A DNA stretch of 63,119 nucleotides, counting the filler, from Bipalium vagum (lineage: Eukaryota): the NCBI GenBank assembly GCA_037834085.1. It is 3 parts of 3 records of this genome, joined end to end, with 100 filler letters (N's around TTAATTAATTAA, not from the genome) between each part and the next. Parts side by side here need not be neighbours in the genome. Positions count along the whole stretch, not along the records: positions 18,964 to 46,093 come from JBBMKC010099150.1; 2 more parts are not named here. The stretch is one strand, 5' to 3'. Positions within the stretch are counted from its first letter, which is position 1. Every line of letters begins with the position of its first letter. Below are positions 25,831 through 39,900 of this stretch, piece after piece. The position numbers were made by a program, and so were the translations under genes. The notes beneath the pieces were generated by a model. It ran no database searches and was not told the DNA's origin. It saw only the letters and a list, made by a program, of their open reading frames with translations.

Positions 25831-26480
25831 ACAAATTATTTTTATGTATCTTTTAAAATTATAGTGGTAGCGTTATTACAAATTTCTCATTATTCATTTG
25901 AACCCCTAATGGAGAGTGTAAATTTGGAAAATTTTTGACATCAAACCCTGCACAATAAAGTAGTTCTTTTCTCAAGGGCCAGACTTGTTAAAAAAGTTCC
26001 TAAAGATGTTCACCTTTCGAAACTAAAGTCCACCTTTGAAGGTGAGTGGGGCTAAGTTAGAAGAATAGAAATATAACATTTTTCTTTTCGTACAATATTT
26101 TCAGTAGACATTATTCGATATACCCATCCCCCATGCTTGGTCTTCACAAAACGAAGTCAAAATGATAAAAATGTATTGATCTACATAGGTTGTTAAATAT
26201 AAACAGAGAAATTCTTAAAAACAAAAGTCAAATAATCAAACAATGTTCATCTCTCCTCTTCACCAGTCTGAAATGCATAAGTTAGCTTGAAGAAAAAGTT
26301 GCATAAATGAAAAGGTACCAATTGGAAATGAATCGAAATTTGATAAAATAAAAAGAGAGCAGGCTCATTTCCTTTCATTCACACTTTTCTCCATTATGGT
26401 CGTTATAAGATCGAAAAAGAAGAAGATTGGTGTTTGAAGAAAAAAAACGTTACAAAAAGTTTATTTATAAATTTCTCATC

Positions 26481-26637
26481 TCACAAACAACTCTCATAAC
26501 CGGAATCTGAGGACAAGGACTTCGACTCTTCCAGAATTTCAATATCTGATTTTTGATTCAAAGATTCCAAGTCGCTCGACGACACGATGGACTGGAGCCA
26601 CTTGTGTCGGTCAGCTTCGACAGCGCTCAATCTCATT
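26481..26637 (-). CDS. DRAK/STK17-like kinase, last exon
   Basis: ttcag| acceptor. Reads (K)MRLSAVEADRHKWLQ...SGYESCL*, covering the subdomain XI arginine and HxWL. AATAAA follows at 26465-26460. Confidence 0.85.
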
Positions 26638-26689
26638 CTGAATCGATTATAATGATGAGAAAAAACCATGGTTATCATTTTAATTTTAC

Positions 26690-26869
26690 TTTGGTCTTTT
26701 CACAATTAGCTTTGAAATAAAATCTTTGGCCGTCTCTAAAGATTTATCAAACTTGTCTTCTGGAAAATGATAATTAATCTTTGAAACATTCAACAAGGTC
26801 ATTTCTTTAGTTTCAGCCATAAATGGAGATTCAGAAGTCAACAGATAATAAGTCAGTACCCCAAGACTC
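26690..26869 (-). CDS. DRAK/STK17-like kinase exon (subdomains IX-XI)
   Basis: Reads (W)SLGVLTYYLLTSESPFMAETKEMTLLNVSKINYHF...AKDFISKLIVKRPK. Followed by a 52-nt GT-AG intron at 26638-26689. Confidence 0.9.
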
Positions 26870-26997
26870 CTGAAAAATTAAAATTATTTGTAATACTTAA
26901 AATTGGGAAAAATTCTTTTTGAAAAAAATGTTTTTTTATTTAAAATAATATTTAGAAAATAAACAAAATTGATTTTTGAGATTCTGTGAAAATAAAT

Positions 26998-27527
26998 GTG
27001 ATGTGTACAAGTTGAACATGACGATTTTATAAATGATAATTCCATTTATTAATATAAATCATTTTAATATTGATATACATTTGTTTATATATTACTTTTC
27101 ACGCGCTATTATTAAAAATATGTCTGAGATCATAAAATAGAGTATAATGTATTTAATTGTGTCTTAATTTCAGCTAAATGAATATGATTTGCGACATGTG
27201 TTAATTTTTACTTGATTTCCAAAAGAAAAAAGCAACAGAAACTTATGGTGACAAAATTATATCCCAAAAAACACAAGTTAACGTTGGTTCGATCGATTCA
27301 AAGAAGGAATTTTCAATGTGTAAGATTAAGAGAATCAAGGTCAACCGAAAAAAATCGAAGATACAGATTAGGAAGCATTGTTGGATGAAGACGTCATACA
27401 AAGTCAGAAGCAACTTGCAGATATCAATATCAATGGGAATTACTTGGATTAAAAAATTGTTTTGTTTTGATAAAATAAATGGTTATTGCACTCTTTAAAA
27501 ATATTCATTTTCAACTTGTACACCGAA
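26998..27527 (+). mobile_element. Internally deleted mariner with Mos1-like TIRs
   Basis: Inverted ends gtgtacaagttgaa and ttcaacttgtacac. Interior has LRHVL...WFDRFK...ALLDEDV remnants. Confidence 0.7.
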
Positions 27528-28580
27528 TATATTTCGCTTATATTTAATCTCTAAATTATGAAAACATAAGGAAATTCTAAAAAATATCTTAATGAAGGAA
27601 AATCGAAAAAAGAAAAGCACGTCACTCTTTTCATGGAAGAATGAATATAGTGAAAAAGTTTTTATTCTTATAAGGAAACGGATCAGACCACGGGAATTTT
27701 TAATTTTAAAATCCTATTTATATCTATAATTGAGTGGGCTATAAAAGTTATTAGAAATTTTACAAAAATAACTACAGTCAAACCTCTTTTTATATCTTTT
27801 TTATTTTTCATTTTTACTCAAATACAATATTATAAAAACACTTAAAATTAAAAAATATATGTAAATTGTAATTTTAAATGTTTTATTAGAATACATCTTT
27901 AAAAATCTGATAAAAATGTGCCAATAATTGGAAAATGACAAATAATCGAAAATGTTATTAACTCATATATAACTAATTTTAATTGTGGTAAATACTATTG
28001 GAGGGTGGTAAATGAAGTTGGGACGACTTTATTAAATAATTTAAAGTAAGTATTATATAATTTAATCAATATTTTAATTGATTTATTGATTAATGTATCA
28101 TAAAATAAAATGAATTAATGTTAAAATTTAAAGGTATCTTCTAATATTCATAATGACATTAAAATCTCATGGTTTCATAAAATATGTTTGTATATTGAGA
28201 TTATTTATGTTACTTAATAAATTATATAAAAAACCCTCTTATGGATTAAAAACCAATAGATGTCAATAATTTTAAAAGACCCTATATACATTTCCTTCCT
28301 TCTATCATACATTTTGGGTTCACGATCAACTCATCTAATCTATTGATGAACAATAATGAATAAGAATTGGAAATTTTTCAAAAATTCAATTGATGTTATC
28401 ACAGAAATATTTCAGTCTATTGCCGATATGTTTCCACTTGATTGTTTTTAAAATGTCCGACCTAATTTTAAATATTTTAACATCATTAATATCAGAGGCC
28501 TTAAATGTCTATATTTTATTTTCAAGATTAAACAGGCTTAACAACCATTTGATTTCATAGTCGTTTATAAAAAAGTTACT

Positions 28581-28624
<44 letters not shown>

Positions 28625-29076
28625 TATTGGATTGATAATAATTAATTTTAAAAATGTTTAAAACTTCAATTAATTATTATTATTATTTAGAAAGATATTC
28701 ATTTAAGATTATTCTACAAGTCTGCTACCAGGGCTTCACTCTACAATAGATTTATTAAGAAAACTAATGGTAAAAACTTGTTGATTTCCCCAAAAGATAG
28801 CAATCGAAATTAATTCCGTACATGTTGACATTTGGTGAACAGATTTCGTAAAAATTTTCAATTAAATTTTTTAATATTATAATTTTTACATAAATAAATA
28901 ATTAAGAATTTACTTTTATTGATATTAATATTAAGGATAAATAATGAAAGGGAAAATAAATTTGTGATAAAATAATATTGATTATTATTATTGTTATTAA
29001 ATTGATTGAAATTATTTTAATTAAATTATATTATTATTATTATTAATTTAGGATCATGTTTAGTTTTTAATCTACC

Positions 29077-29245
29077 TGGGTTAGATAAAATACTTGATCA
29101 AATGCAATGGGTAATAAAAAACTTTGTTATAAATGGGTAAGAAATACATGGGTTGGAAAAGGAACATGATTAGTTGTAATGGGTTATAAAACAAACATGA
29201 TAACCATAAGTGGGTTAGAAAAAACATGGGTGTAAAACTAAACAT
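29077..29245. repeat. Degenerate short tandem array (TGGGT plus A-tract/ACATG units)
   Basis: About seven TGGGT cores at 15-33 nt spacing, interleaved with AAAA and ACATG. Confidence 0.6.
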
Positions 29246-31217
29246 AATGCTTAATTTAAATTATTATATAATTATTTTGTAAAAATATTAAATATATTCA
29301 ATATAACGTTGGAATATTATATTGATTCATTGAAGATCTCTTCACCGATTACGGTTATTAATTAATTAATGATTTAAATTCTAAAATTCGTCTATTGAAA
29401 ATCTTAGTGCTTTTCTTATTATTTAAAACAGGTAAGATTGTTAAACTCAGTTCCAAAATGTTTTTTTTATAAAAAAAACTCAATATTATTGATTTTCTAG
29501 ATGTAAAGAAGAAGCAGTCAACAGATTTAAACTTTAATAACCATTTAAATACTTAAAAACATTTGAAGGGTCATCAAATTACTTGACACGACCTCAACAT
29601 GTGAACATGACATAATTCTTACTTGTCAGTTTTTGTTGTGCTTTGATGCGACGGATAGCTCATTTAATTGATCATTGAAACAGGTTTAGATTTGTTCTGA
29701 TAGTGTCATGAGACACTGATTTTATGGTCAAGACAAGATAAATATTTCTCTCGATGTCGTTATTTTAAAGAATTGAAGGAAATGAATATACAAAGCAATG
29801 TAAAAATATATAGCTTAATTTTATTATTTAAAATAGTAAAGTACGTCGACATATCTTCAGAATTACAGTTTAAATTTGGCCTTGATACAAAATATATTGA
29901 ACCTAAACTGTTTCAAGCCCTCATTTTAGTTTCCATAATAAGAAAATTTATTTCCTAAGGGTTCGATTTGTTTTATTAAATTAATTTAAACCAACGTCGT
30001 CGAAGTGAATTTCAACATTATTGAATATGTAAAATTATAGATCAACAATTCTTTTGATTAATGTAACACATAAGTGAAAATAATTTTATATTTAATCACA
30101 ATTTTAATTAATTATCAAAAATATTTATTGATTTGATTTTATTGGTATTGATTTTCAGAATGGTACTCATGACCGATAACAATCTTAAAATCGACTAAGG
30201 TTGAAATTTATTCCAGCCTCGTTTTCTTATAATGACCTTGTTGCTCATGGGCACTCATTATTAATTTTACGATTACGTTAAAAATAGGAAAAACAACTAA
30301 AATATCATTATTAATTATAAAAATTTATATAATTATTATAAGGTTTAATTATAAAGATTATATTTAATATGAATTAAATTAATTTAATAAAACAACCGCC
30401 ACCCAATTAAATGCAGTCCAATATGGAAGTTATATTATCAAATATCTACACTTGCTTGATACACAAAAATATGCACTCAAAATATTAATTATTTTAATCT
30501 TTTCAAAGATTACCTAATAATAAAATCTCTTTATTCGCCCCTTATTCCTATTGTAAATGTACTTGAAGTGTCAATTATATAATCTCATACTAAATTATTA
30601 TTACAATAATGTATCGATGTAATACACCGTTATATCATTGATTTTTGATACGTGTGCTTCAAAGAACTAATAAAATATTATAACAGTCTTTCATGTATTA
30701 CATTGCAGTTACATTTGTTTCTATGAAATATTAGTAAAATGTGTTCACTATTTATGTATAAGAAAAAATTTTCTTAATAAAAAAAACCCATAAAATATCT
30801 TTGAAAAAATGTACATTTTTATTTTAAGAGAAAATGTCAAATAATTCTTCATAAATATAAAAAAATAAATAATATATAAATAAAGAATATTTCTCTAAAT
30901 TTCTAAATGTATTAATTAATAATATATATAAATGTAATATATAAAATTAAAATTAATTAAAATTAAATAATTAAATTAAATAAAATAATAAATTAAATTT
31001 AATAAAATAATAAATTAAATAAAATAATAAAATTAAATAATAGTAATTAAAATAGAATTAAAATTAAATTAAACACTTAAAATATATTTCTATAGATTAT
31101 CTTTAATTTGATTTTTTTAGTTAAATTGGAAATAAAAATCAATAAAAATATTTTAATCAATATTTTTAAATTAATAATGAAAAAATTATATGGTAAATAT
31201 AAATAAATAAAACTTAC

Positions 31218-31266
31218 CACATATCTGTGAAGACCGAAATCTCTTCATAATTGATTATCTCGGGTG
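31218..31266 (-). CDS. DRAK/STK17-like kinase, 49-nt exon (APE to DMW)
   Basis: Bounded by tttag| and |gtaagt. Reads (A)PEIINYEEISVFTDM(W). Phases match both neighbouring exons. Confidence 0.9.
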
Positions 31267-32790
31267 CTAAATAAAAATTAAAATGAAAACAATAATTAAC
31301 GATTAAAAATAAAAAATCTATAATTTTAAAAAATAATTTTATTTTAAATATATTTTAAAACGTAAATCATAATCATATCGATCTTGGTCGAAAATTGACA
31401 AAGTTGAACCAATACGATAGGCTTCACGATCAAATTGTATTACTAAAGAAAATAGTTGAATGTTTTATGAATGAACAAGAGATCAATCAACACAAAAATG
31501 CTAATGAATCCGATCATATAATTTAATTAATCATCGAAACCTGTGTCATCTTTGAGTACTACGGCGCACTATGAACTTCACGAGATGCAGAGAATAATTT
31601 CTCTTAATATTATAAGGTTAAGGTCGAAAAGATTTAAGAGTTAATGAATAACTCAAATATACCTACGACTTTATATTAGTTTATATATTTATTTATTGCA
31701 TTAATTTTTATTTATATAATTATTAATCGTTTCAGGGTTGCATTGACAAGCCTTAATAAAACTGTAAAACTATTAATCAATTAAAAAATATCAATATTTA
31801 TTTCTGTTAACATTTATGTACATTATTCAAATCAATAAGAAATAAATATAAATATATAATATTTATTTTTAAATATAATAATAAACCAAAATATTTTCAT
31901 CCAATCAAAAACGTTTTAATAATAATATTAATGAATTCCGAAACCCTTTCAAATAGTTAGGTAACAATAATTTTTGCGATATTTATTTATTAATTAGTAA
32001 AGTTTTTCATCCCTGGAGCTGAAAGTAACATAAATCAAATTGATGTTTGGGATTATTTTTTTTCTACAGTTATCTGACGGTTTTATATATTTTCTCAGTA
32101 CCGAAAATAAAAAGAATCAATTATAAAAAAAATAATTTTGAAGTTCACAAAATCGAAACACCGAGAAAATCATAAATAAAGTGATCAAAGTTTTAATTGT
32201 AATCATAATTACCGAGGACAAAGAACCGAAGATTATTGGAAGAAAATTTCATTAATATCATTATTTATAATATAATTTTATACCAGGTCTATTTTTACTG
32301 TAAAAAGTACTTTGCGGATTTCTTTCTTCTATAATTTTTAAAAGAATTATATTTAAGTCTTTAGCAGTACTGGTTTTCTCGAATTTCACTGTTTAAACAG
32401 TGGGTTCACTGTTCTCATATTTTGTTTACCATAAGCCCAGAAATTGAAAGAGAGATTTAATTAAAACAGTAAATAAAAATATTTCAAAGATTCCTTGTAT
32501 TTTTAATAATGTCTAATTTTTTGGTAAGATTTTATTAAATGACAATGCAATATTTAATTTAACCCTTTGGTTGCCCGGTCAATTATTGACGCTATTTAAT
32601 CTTAGGTTGAAACTAACCATGTGTGCATTAGCTAGAAGGCAGTATATGATTATTACTGTTAGGAAGCCCAAATATATTTTTGAGACGCCGAATTATATTT
32701 ATAACGCTTTAAAAATAAATATGGCGATACTTGTCCCTATCAGCGAACTTGTTAATATTAATTATAATTAATAGTTGTAATATACTCTTA

Positions 32791-33522
32791 CGGTGTGTAT
32801 AAAGTAAGTATGCGATTTTTGAACACAACAAAATATATATCGTTATTAAATTTATTCAAATTATATTTTTCTGAGAAATATAATTTCCGAAATTTAATAT
32901 AAGTGTTTAATTATTTCATGCGGTTTTTCGATCAATTAAAAAATGTAGTCAATCAATTAAGTAATAAGTCGATGTTATCGAATTTAGTTGCAGTAAATAA
33001 AAATTTTTAAATTGGTCTACATTGAAGGAAAAGTGCAAATTGTTTTACTAATAGCTAAGATGGAATCAATCACATTAGTTAGATGATACTAAGAACACTT
33101 GAAATGGAAAAAGATACTTACAGCAAGAGCAATGAGGAAGATATTTAAAACATTTAAAGAGATTGGAAGTGTTTTTAATCTTTAAAGGTTTGCAGGACTA
33201 TAAATTGAAAATGAAAAAATATATGCGAAACACATCTAGTTTAAGAAGAAGCACCTGGAATATCTGAAGACCCAGGTTTACAGAAGAAGACTGAAAGATG
33301 TTATTAAAATGGAGGCGGCCAGAATATCACCAGGAATGTGTCAAATGTTATGAATAATTTATATAATCACTTACATAAGTTTACTTTAAGTTAATGGTCA
33401 TTTTGTTGAAAGTTATTAAATATTAATGAATAAATGTTACTGTGTCAAAAATTGGTAGTCTTATCTTGGATATATTTTATGGTATTAAATCTTAAAATCG
33501 AATACTTGCTTCATACACACTC
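32791..33522 (+). mobile_element. Internally deleted rosa/Tc1-type element with TIRs
   Basis: Ends TA|cggtgtgtataaagtaagtatgcgatttt and aaaatcgaatacttgcttcatacacactc|TA. Interior reads KVQIVLLIAK...FKEIGSV and YLKTQVY. Confidence 0.8.
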
Positions 33523-34912
33523 TATATAACGCTATAAATACAGGGACAGACAGTAGTCGTACCTGGCAGAAAACATGTAATAATAATAATCTATAGTAAT
33601 TTAAAAGTGAAGTTTCCAATAAGCTTCAAACCTTAATCATATGGATTAATAATGTAGAATCACTGTCGATGACAGTGAGATTGTATCAAACAATAAAAAA
33701 GGTATCCGGGGGAAAAATATGTAAAAATCAACATGTTTTACAAAAATCATATCAAAACACCATATCACTAAGAACTGGCCGAAATGTGACATTCTCTTGA
33801 TAAATACGCGTTTTGATTTGAAGAATAATAATAAAAATATTATTTATTTATTTTTTCCACTTTCCCATATAATTCCATAGTACACTAAAATACTTTTACA
33901 ACCAATTTCGTAGATGCGAAATGTTGATACTAAAACTTGTACCCAGGTAAACAAAAAAATAGCAAAAAATGTTAAAATTAAATGTCACTCTGGTCATTGA
34001 ACAAAACGACCAGATAGAAACAGCTCGCCAGCCAAGTCACTAGGTCTGATGACAGTCAGAACCCTTTTGATCGATTCAATGACCATTCAAGGCGGACTCG
34101 ATCTTGAAACCTATTCATTCAGGTCAGCCAAATCGAATCGAAAACGAGAATGTGACCATTAATTGATTCTGCTATCAAATGGTGCTAATAAATGCTACAT
34201 ATTGTCTCACGGGTTTTCTGATCGTTTTTTTTTATTCAAGAAAACAAATCGTTATAAAAACACCATCAACCAGATCGAAGGCAGCACTAATATCATGGAA
34301 ACCACACTAATGTTATCACTTATAGGAAATTAATTAAAAGGAAAATTTTCCCACTCCCAAATGATCGAAAAAATTTGTACTTGTACTTTTGAATAAAATT
34401 TTCCCCCACTAAAAAATTCACAGAACATTCCACAGTTTATTATCAAAATAAGAATAATAATAATAGTAATATTACTAGTACCAATTTGCCATGAAACGAG
34501 ATCGAGCAAACCAAGTGATCTGCTGCTAATCAAGATGACAAGGAATGTAAATGAAAGCAAAGTCACAGCCGCGTTACGACGATACCAACGCGATCAAGAT
34601 CATGGACCAAGTGAACTTGTGATTTAATGGAATTTGATATCTGTCAAAGTCGCCTATATCGAAAAATGTGCGATAATTATTCCGAAATCGATCGGCACTA
34701 AAAATATTTAAAATTTTTTGACATGGCCAAAAGTTCAAGTTCGTACGAATTCATGACGGAATCTCAATGGTTGGCAAACGCTATTTTAGCTGTCTCTATT
34801 CGGGAACATTGGGGAAAAAACCGTTTCAACATTACCGTCCAAATGTTCCTCACATTTCACACAACCATGGGCCGACCAAAGTGGCGAATGATTACATCAT
34901 GCCAAATGTTGA

Positions 34913-34940
34913 TCTCGCTCTCGCTCTCTCTCTCTCTCTC
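34913..34940. repeat. (CT)n-rich microsatellite
   Basis: tctcgctctcgctctctctctctctctc. Confidence 0.85.
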
Positions 34941-36599
34941 GATTTCGCTTTTTCGTCTCTGTCCGCTGTGATTTCTGTTATGGGAAAGCTGTTCACCACT
35001 GGTACTTAGCAATTTATTACCACTTTAATGGGTACGAAACCAGTGGAGGAAAACATTAAAAAACTTTGATGGTGGAAAAAAATTGGGAGAAAAAGAAGTA
35101 TGATGATTTATTAACCGAAAAAACCTCGTGATAGTATTCGTTTGATTTCTTGCCTATGAGGAATGGAAACGAATAAATATTGTCGAAACTTAAATTTACA
35201 ATGGAAGATTTTTCAGGGGATTTTGGAATCAATGATCATATTAATATATAATACTTAAGACTCGCACTGAACTCAAGTAAAGAGGAAAGGAAATATATAA
35301 AAATAAAAATACTTTTTCTTAAAAAATTACATCATTTGTTAGGAAATACACGAAACATGTTTCAAGAAATTATATATAAATATATATATTTACTATTTTA
35401 TATTTGAATAAATAAATAAATAAATTTCTTGATTTAAAATATTATTAGGTTATATTAAAATTAATAAAAACTAAAAATAAAATATAATTAATGAATTATA
35501 GTTTTAAAGAGGGTTTTTAATTAATTATAATAAGAAAATTATTTAATTAATCTATATTAATATTATTTCTTTAAACTTTTTTATTATTTATTTATATATT
35601 TTTTATTATTATTATTATCAAAATTATTATTCTATTATTATTATTTTTTATTAATATTATTATTAACTATATATATAGTTGTAAATTATATATTTCGGAT
35701 AATGCAATGCAATACGGTGATATCATACTAAATACATTTGGCGAAATTTGAAATATTTAAAGAAAAATATATAAATCTTATCCCATAGACATTGTGGATC
35801 CCAAAGGATAAGTGGACTCAACTATTTATTGAATTAAAAAAACAGATTTATTTTCAAGAAGAAATAAAAAGGAAAGACTTTCCAATTTTATTTATATTAC
35901 CATTACCATAACGAAATGGTAATGATGACAACTTCCATTAAATTTATTACTCTAAGAGATGTTGTTTAGTTTCTGTGATAGGTATTAAGAGATTAAAATT
36001 GAACTGATAAACATCGGACCATATTGAAAAGGTTTTTATATTTCACATTTAATCAATTGAAATCACATTATAATTTGGCTTCATGACGTTAAATAAAGGT
36101 GAACTATCAATGTTTATCATTTTATTCAATGCCCTGACCACAATGGTCGTAAATTGAATAACTGGAAAACGGACATCATTAATAGTCTCAAATAGGAACG
36201 ATCACACATTTTATTCGTTAAGAAATTTGTAGAGAATATTTCGTGAAAATAAAACATTAATTAATGTGTCTCTATTATTGCTCCCTTTCTATTTTATAAC
36301 TGATGAAAAAATTTTTATCCATTACGGATATTCATTGGATTTCATTTTAGGAATACTCTGAAAATTAAAGAATTTTCAGACTTCCATAGACCATTGTATT
36401 TTTAACCAATCAAATTGCAGATGCAGATTAATTAGACATTGATTTAATATGCTGCTTATAATAATTAAATCCATAATGAAGAGATCTAACAGAATTAAAA
36501 ATTATTTTCTTATATTTAACGGTACGAATAAATGTGAATCTTTGTGATTATGGCTTTATATATTACAGTGTGACAAAGAAGTTACCGAACAAAATTAAA

Positions 36600-36935
36600 A
36601 CAATCCCATTTTGTGTAATATTTTGTCAATATTAGTGGTGGATAATCCACGCCAAAGTACGAGAAGTTTATCATTAACACTGGGGCATTCAAAAGATACC
36701 ATAAACCGGCACTTGCACAAGCTTGGACTTTCCAGGAAAGCACCAACAGAAGATCCACATGAATTAACAATTCCACAAGCTGAACACAGAATATTTGTTT
36801 GCAAACAATTGTTAAAAAGCCTCTTAATGATCGTTTCGGGAAACAGATCATAACTGGGAATGAGAAATGGATATTCTTCCATAATTATAACAGGAGCAAA
36901 TCCCCAGTTGCAAATCCTTTGGACTCTTCTTATGA
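36600..36935 (+). mobile_element. Mariner fragment
   Basis: DNPRQSTRSLSLTLG...INRHLHKLG...PHELT...IITGNEKWIFF. Confidence 0.8.
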
Positions 36936-38534
36936 GCAAGGCTTTTGTTAAGTCTCACAAAAAATTAGAGTTGCTGAAATCCGAAATGGTATCAACTTGA
37001 GATTGATAAAGAAAACTCTCGTGGAATTTGTGAAAATTTTCTGAAACGTTTGAAGGCAGTAGTCAAGGCAAAAGGTGGTCTTGTTAAAAATAATTTTTTA
37101 GTGTCAAATTGTCCCATAAACTTGATGGGTCATCTAATTAATTATTGCCAAAAGACTTTCATAAGTAATGATAACAGAACTAAAATATGGAAAAGACGAC
37201 TTAAAAGTAACTCAATCGTGAATATATTAAAGACCAGCCAAGAAGAAGATAACTAATGTAGATCAAAGGAGGAAAATGGCAAGATAACAATAAAGAACTG
37301 GTATCAGAGAATGAAATTGGATTGTTGAGTTTGATAATGTCAGATAAGAGTGACATTCATTATTTGGAAAGAGAATTCAGAAGAACAGATCTTGAGGCAA
37401 AATACGAATGGAATATCAAATCTCAGACAAGATAAACAAAAAGGAGAAAATCAAAGGAAAATGTCAGATCAAATGAGAGAACCATTGCCATTATTCATTC
37501 AATATTTCCCCGGTTAATTATATTCCATTTTGCCTTTTTGTGCTTGGTATAATGATTAAAAAATATGAACGTTCACTTGTTTAAATGGCACATAAAAAGG
37601 AATATGGATAGCACAAGTCGGTATTTCATTCAGTCGAAGATAAATTACAGAATGATATATTCGGTTTCGGTATTAATAGAAAATGCGTGGAAAAATTAAT
37701 AATCTTTTACTTATTATTAATTAGTCTGGTTTTGTGTTAGATCAAATTGAAAAATTATTAAAATTTATTAAGTACGATAACCGAGGACAGTCCAAAGTTT
37801 CATTTAATGAAAGTGACCAAGTCAAGATAATGCCAAATTTACAAAAAAATGGAATGATAATCAAAAAATTAAAATAATAATAATTAAAAAATAATAATAA
37901 AAAAAAATAAAGTAATTATTAAAAAAGTGATAAAAAAACTTAATAGTAATAAAGTAATTAAACAAAAAATAAAAAAAATTTTAAAAAATGATAAAAAAAG
38001 AAAAAAAAAGTAATAATAATAAAATAAAGAAAAGAGGTAATAATAAAAAAATATTTAAATAAAAAAAAATAATAAATAATATGATAGTTTAAAGAAAAAG
38101 CTTGAATAAGTTTTCATTAGAAAAAAAGCCTAAAATCCTAAAAAATAAAGAAATATTCTTTAGGGTAGACTTTTGTCAGACTGATGACTTTTTGAAGTTA
38201 ATAAAATAATTTGAAAGTATCTCTGTTTGTTTATAAATAATATTGAATAAATAATCTGTTCAGAGATCGGGAAACGTTTCCCTAATGGAAAGGTAATGGA
38301 AAATGATTTTCTTTTCAGATGACATTTAGCTTTCGTTGGCGTTACCGAGAAGGAAAGTGAATCACGGATACACGGGGAAGATATTTGTTGATACAAGTTC
38401 ATGTACTTCTACAATTGGCTTAATTAATGTATGAAAAATGTATAAATATTCAGACAAGTATATTTGGCAAAGATGCAATAAAATATTAATAATAATAATC
38501 AATCCAAAAAATAAAAATTAATCAAATTTAATCA

Positions 38535-38609
38535 ATAATGATAAAATTAATAATAACAATAAAATTAATAATAACAATAAAATTAATAATAATAATAATA
38601 AAATTAATG

Positions 38610-38641
<32 letters not shown>

Positions 38642-38660
38642 TAATAAAAAATAATAATAA
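38535..38660. repeat. (AAT)n-rich low-complexity tract; similar tracts at 5-30, 28590-28623 and 46044-46093
   Basis: Runs of AAT trinucleotides. Confidence 0.85.
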
Positions 38661-39131
38661 AACCAAGAAAATTAAAATTTAAATCAATAATGACTTGATT
38701 AATAATATTAATAACAAAATAAAATAATTATAATAAATAAATAATATTAATAATATTGATAACATGAAAAATAATAATAAAAAATAAATAAAAAATTATA
38801 ACCATATAATAATCAAATAATAATGATAAATTAATAAATACAAAATAAATAATGATAAGTAAATAAAAATGCTTTATATGTATACTTGGTATTAACACAT
38901 TTTCCTTTATTTACCCTTAGAATTGATCGTGATAAACAAAAATTGGTAATCAATCCAATGTTTGGTGCTTGATGTCAAAGTAAATTACAATTGCATTTCA
39001 GATAAGGATGAAGTTCAAAGTTTCATTGAGAAAATATATTTTAAATATTAAAATTATTATTGGTAGAAAATTTAGCTTTGAAAAGATAAATCAATGAAAA
39101 CTGTGATGGATAAATTTCCAGTGAAACATAC

Positions 39132-39258
39132 CAATATAATCAGGGGTCCCAACGAGTTCTCGGTGAATTTTTTCTGAGCTCAATTGTGTTGCCAATCCAA
39201 AGTCACATAAGGCAATGTTTGTCGAAGGGTAAGGTTCTCGCAGTAAGATGTTGTCAGC
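39132..39258 (-). CDS. DRAK/STK17-like kinase exon (DFG and activation loop)
   Basis: Bounded by atcag| and |gtatg, 127 nt. Reads ADNILLREPYPSTNIALCDFGLATQLSSEKIHRELVGTPDYI. Confidence 0.92.
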
Positions 39259-39355
39259 CTGATTGGAGATGAAATGATAATTCAGTAATAATAAATAATT
39301 TTTCAAGAAATAATAATATTGATTATCGATTATATAATTAAAACAGAACACACAC

Positions 39356-39497
39356 CTTAATATCGAGGTGAACTATATTGCTCAAATGCATTGCAATAAG
39401 AGCTGACAAAAGCTGTTTGATGACCTGTTGGACATACCTTTCAGGAAGGGCACTTTTTGATTCTCGTACAACGTCAAACAAACAGCCACCCTTAGCT
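39356..39497 (-). CDS. DRAK/STK17-like kinase exon (hinge to catalytic loop)
   Basis: Bounded by ttcag| and |gtgtg, 142 nt. Reads AKGGCLFDVVRESKSALPERYVQQVIKQLLSALIAMHLSNIVHLDIK. HLD, a non-RD loop, is typical of DRAK and MLCK kinases. Confidence 0.92.
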
Positions 39498-39679
39498 CTG
39501 AAATAATGGTCGACATTAACTTCTGTCTCATTACATGATAAAAATAAATTATAGAAATCTTTTTAAGCATTTTTAACATATTCATACGTGGTGACATCAA
39601 AAAGTATATAGAATAAAACCAAAGAAACAGTTATATTAATAGTGAGATTTTATAAAAAGGAAACATAACATATATACAC

Positions 39680-39900
39680 ATAACACCATTCAGGTTTCGA
39701 TATAACTTCCTAAGGTCTTGATACATTTTTGCCTAAAACCTCTTCAGTGCTAAGCTTTAATTCATCTTTTTTCAAATCTTCAACATTTTAGAACCTTCTT
39801 AAAATGTGAGAATAGATAAAAGTCACTAGGGGCTTGGTCGGGACTGTATGGAGGATGTGAAAGCGGTATGAAACCAGCCTGTTCGACTGTAGAAATAAAA
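39680..39900 (-). mobile_element. Mariner 3' fragment
   Basis: HPPYSPDQAPSDFYLFSHFKK. Confidence 0.75.

Noticed and set aside
32387-32402. Perfect 16-bp palindrome cactgtttaaacagtg
   Set aside because: Isolated, with no associated structure; cannot be distinguished from chance.
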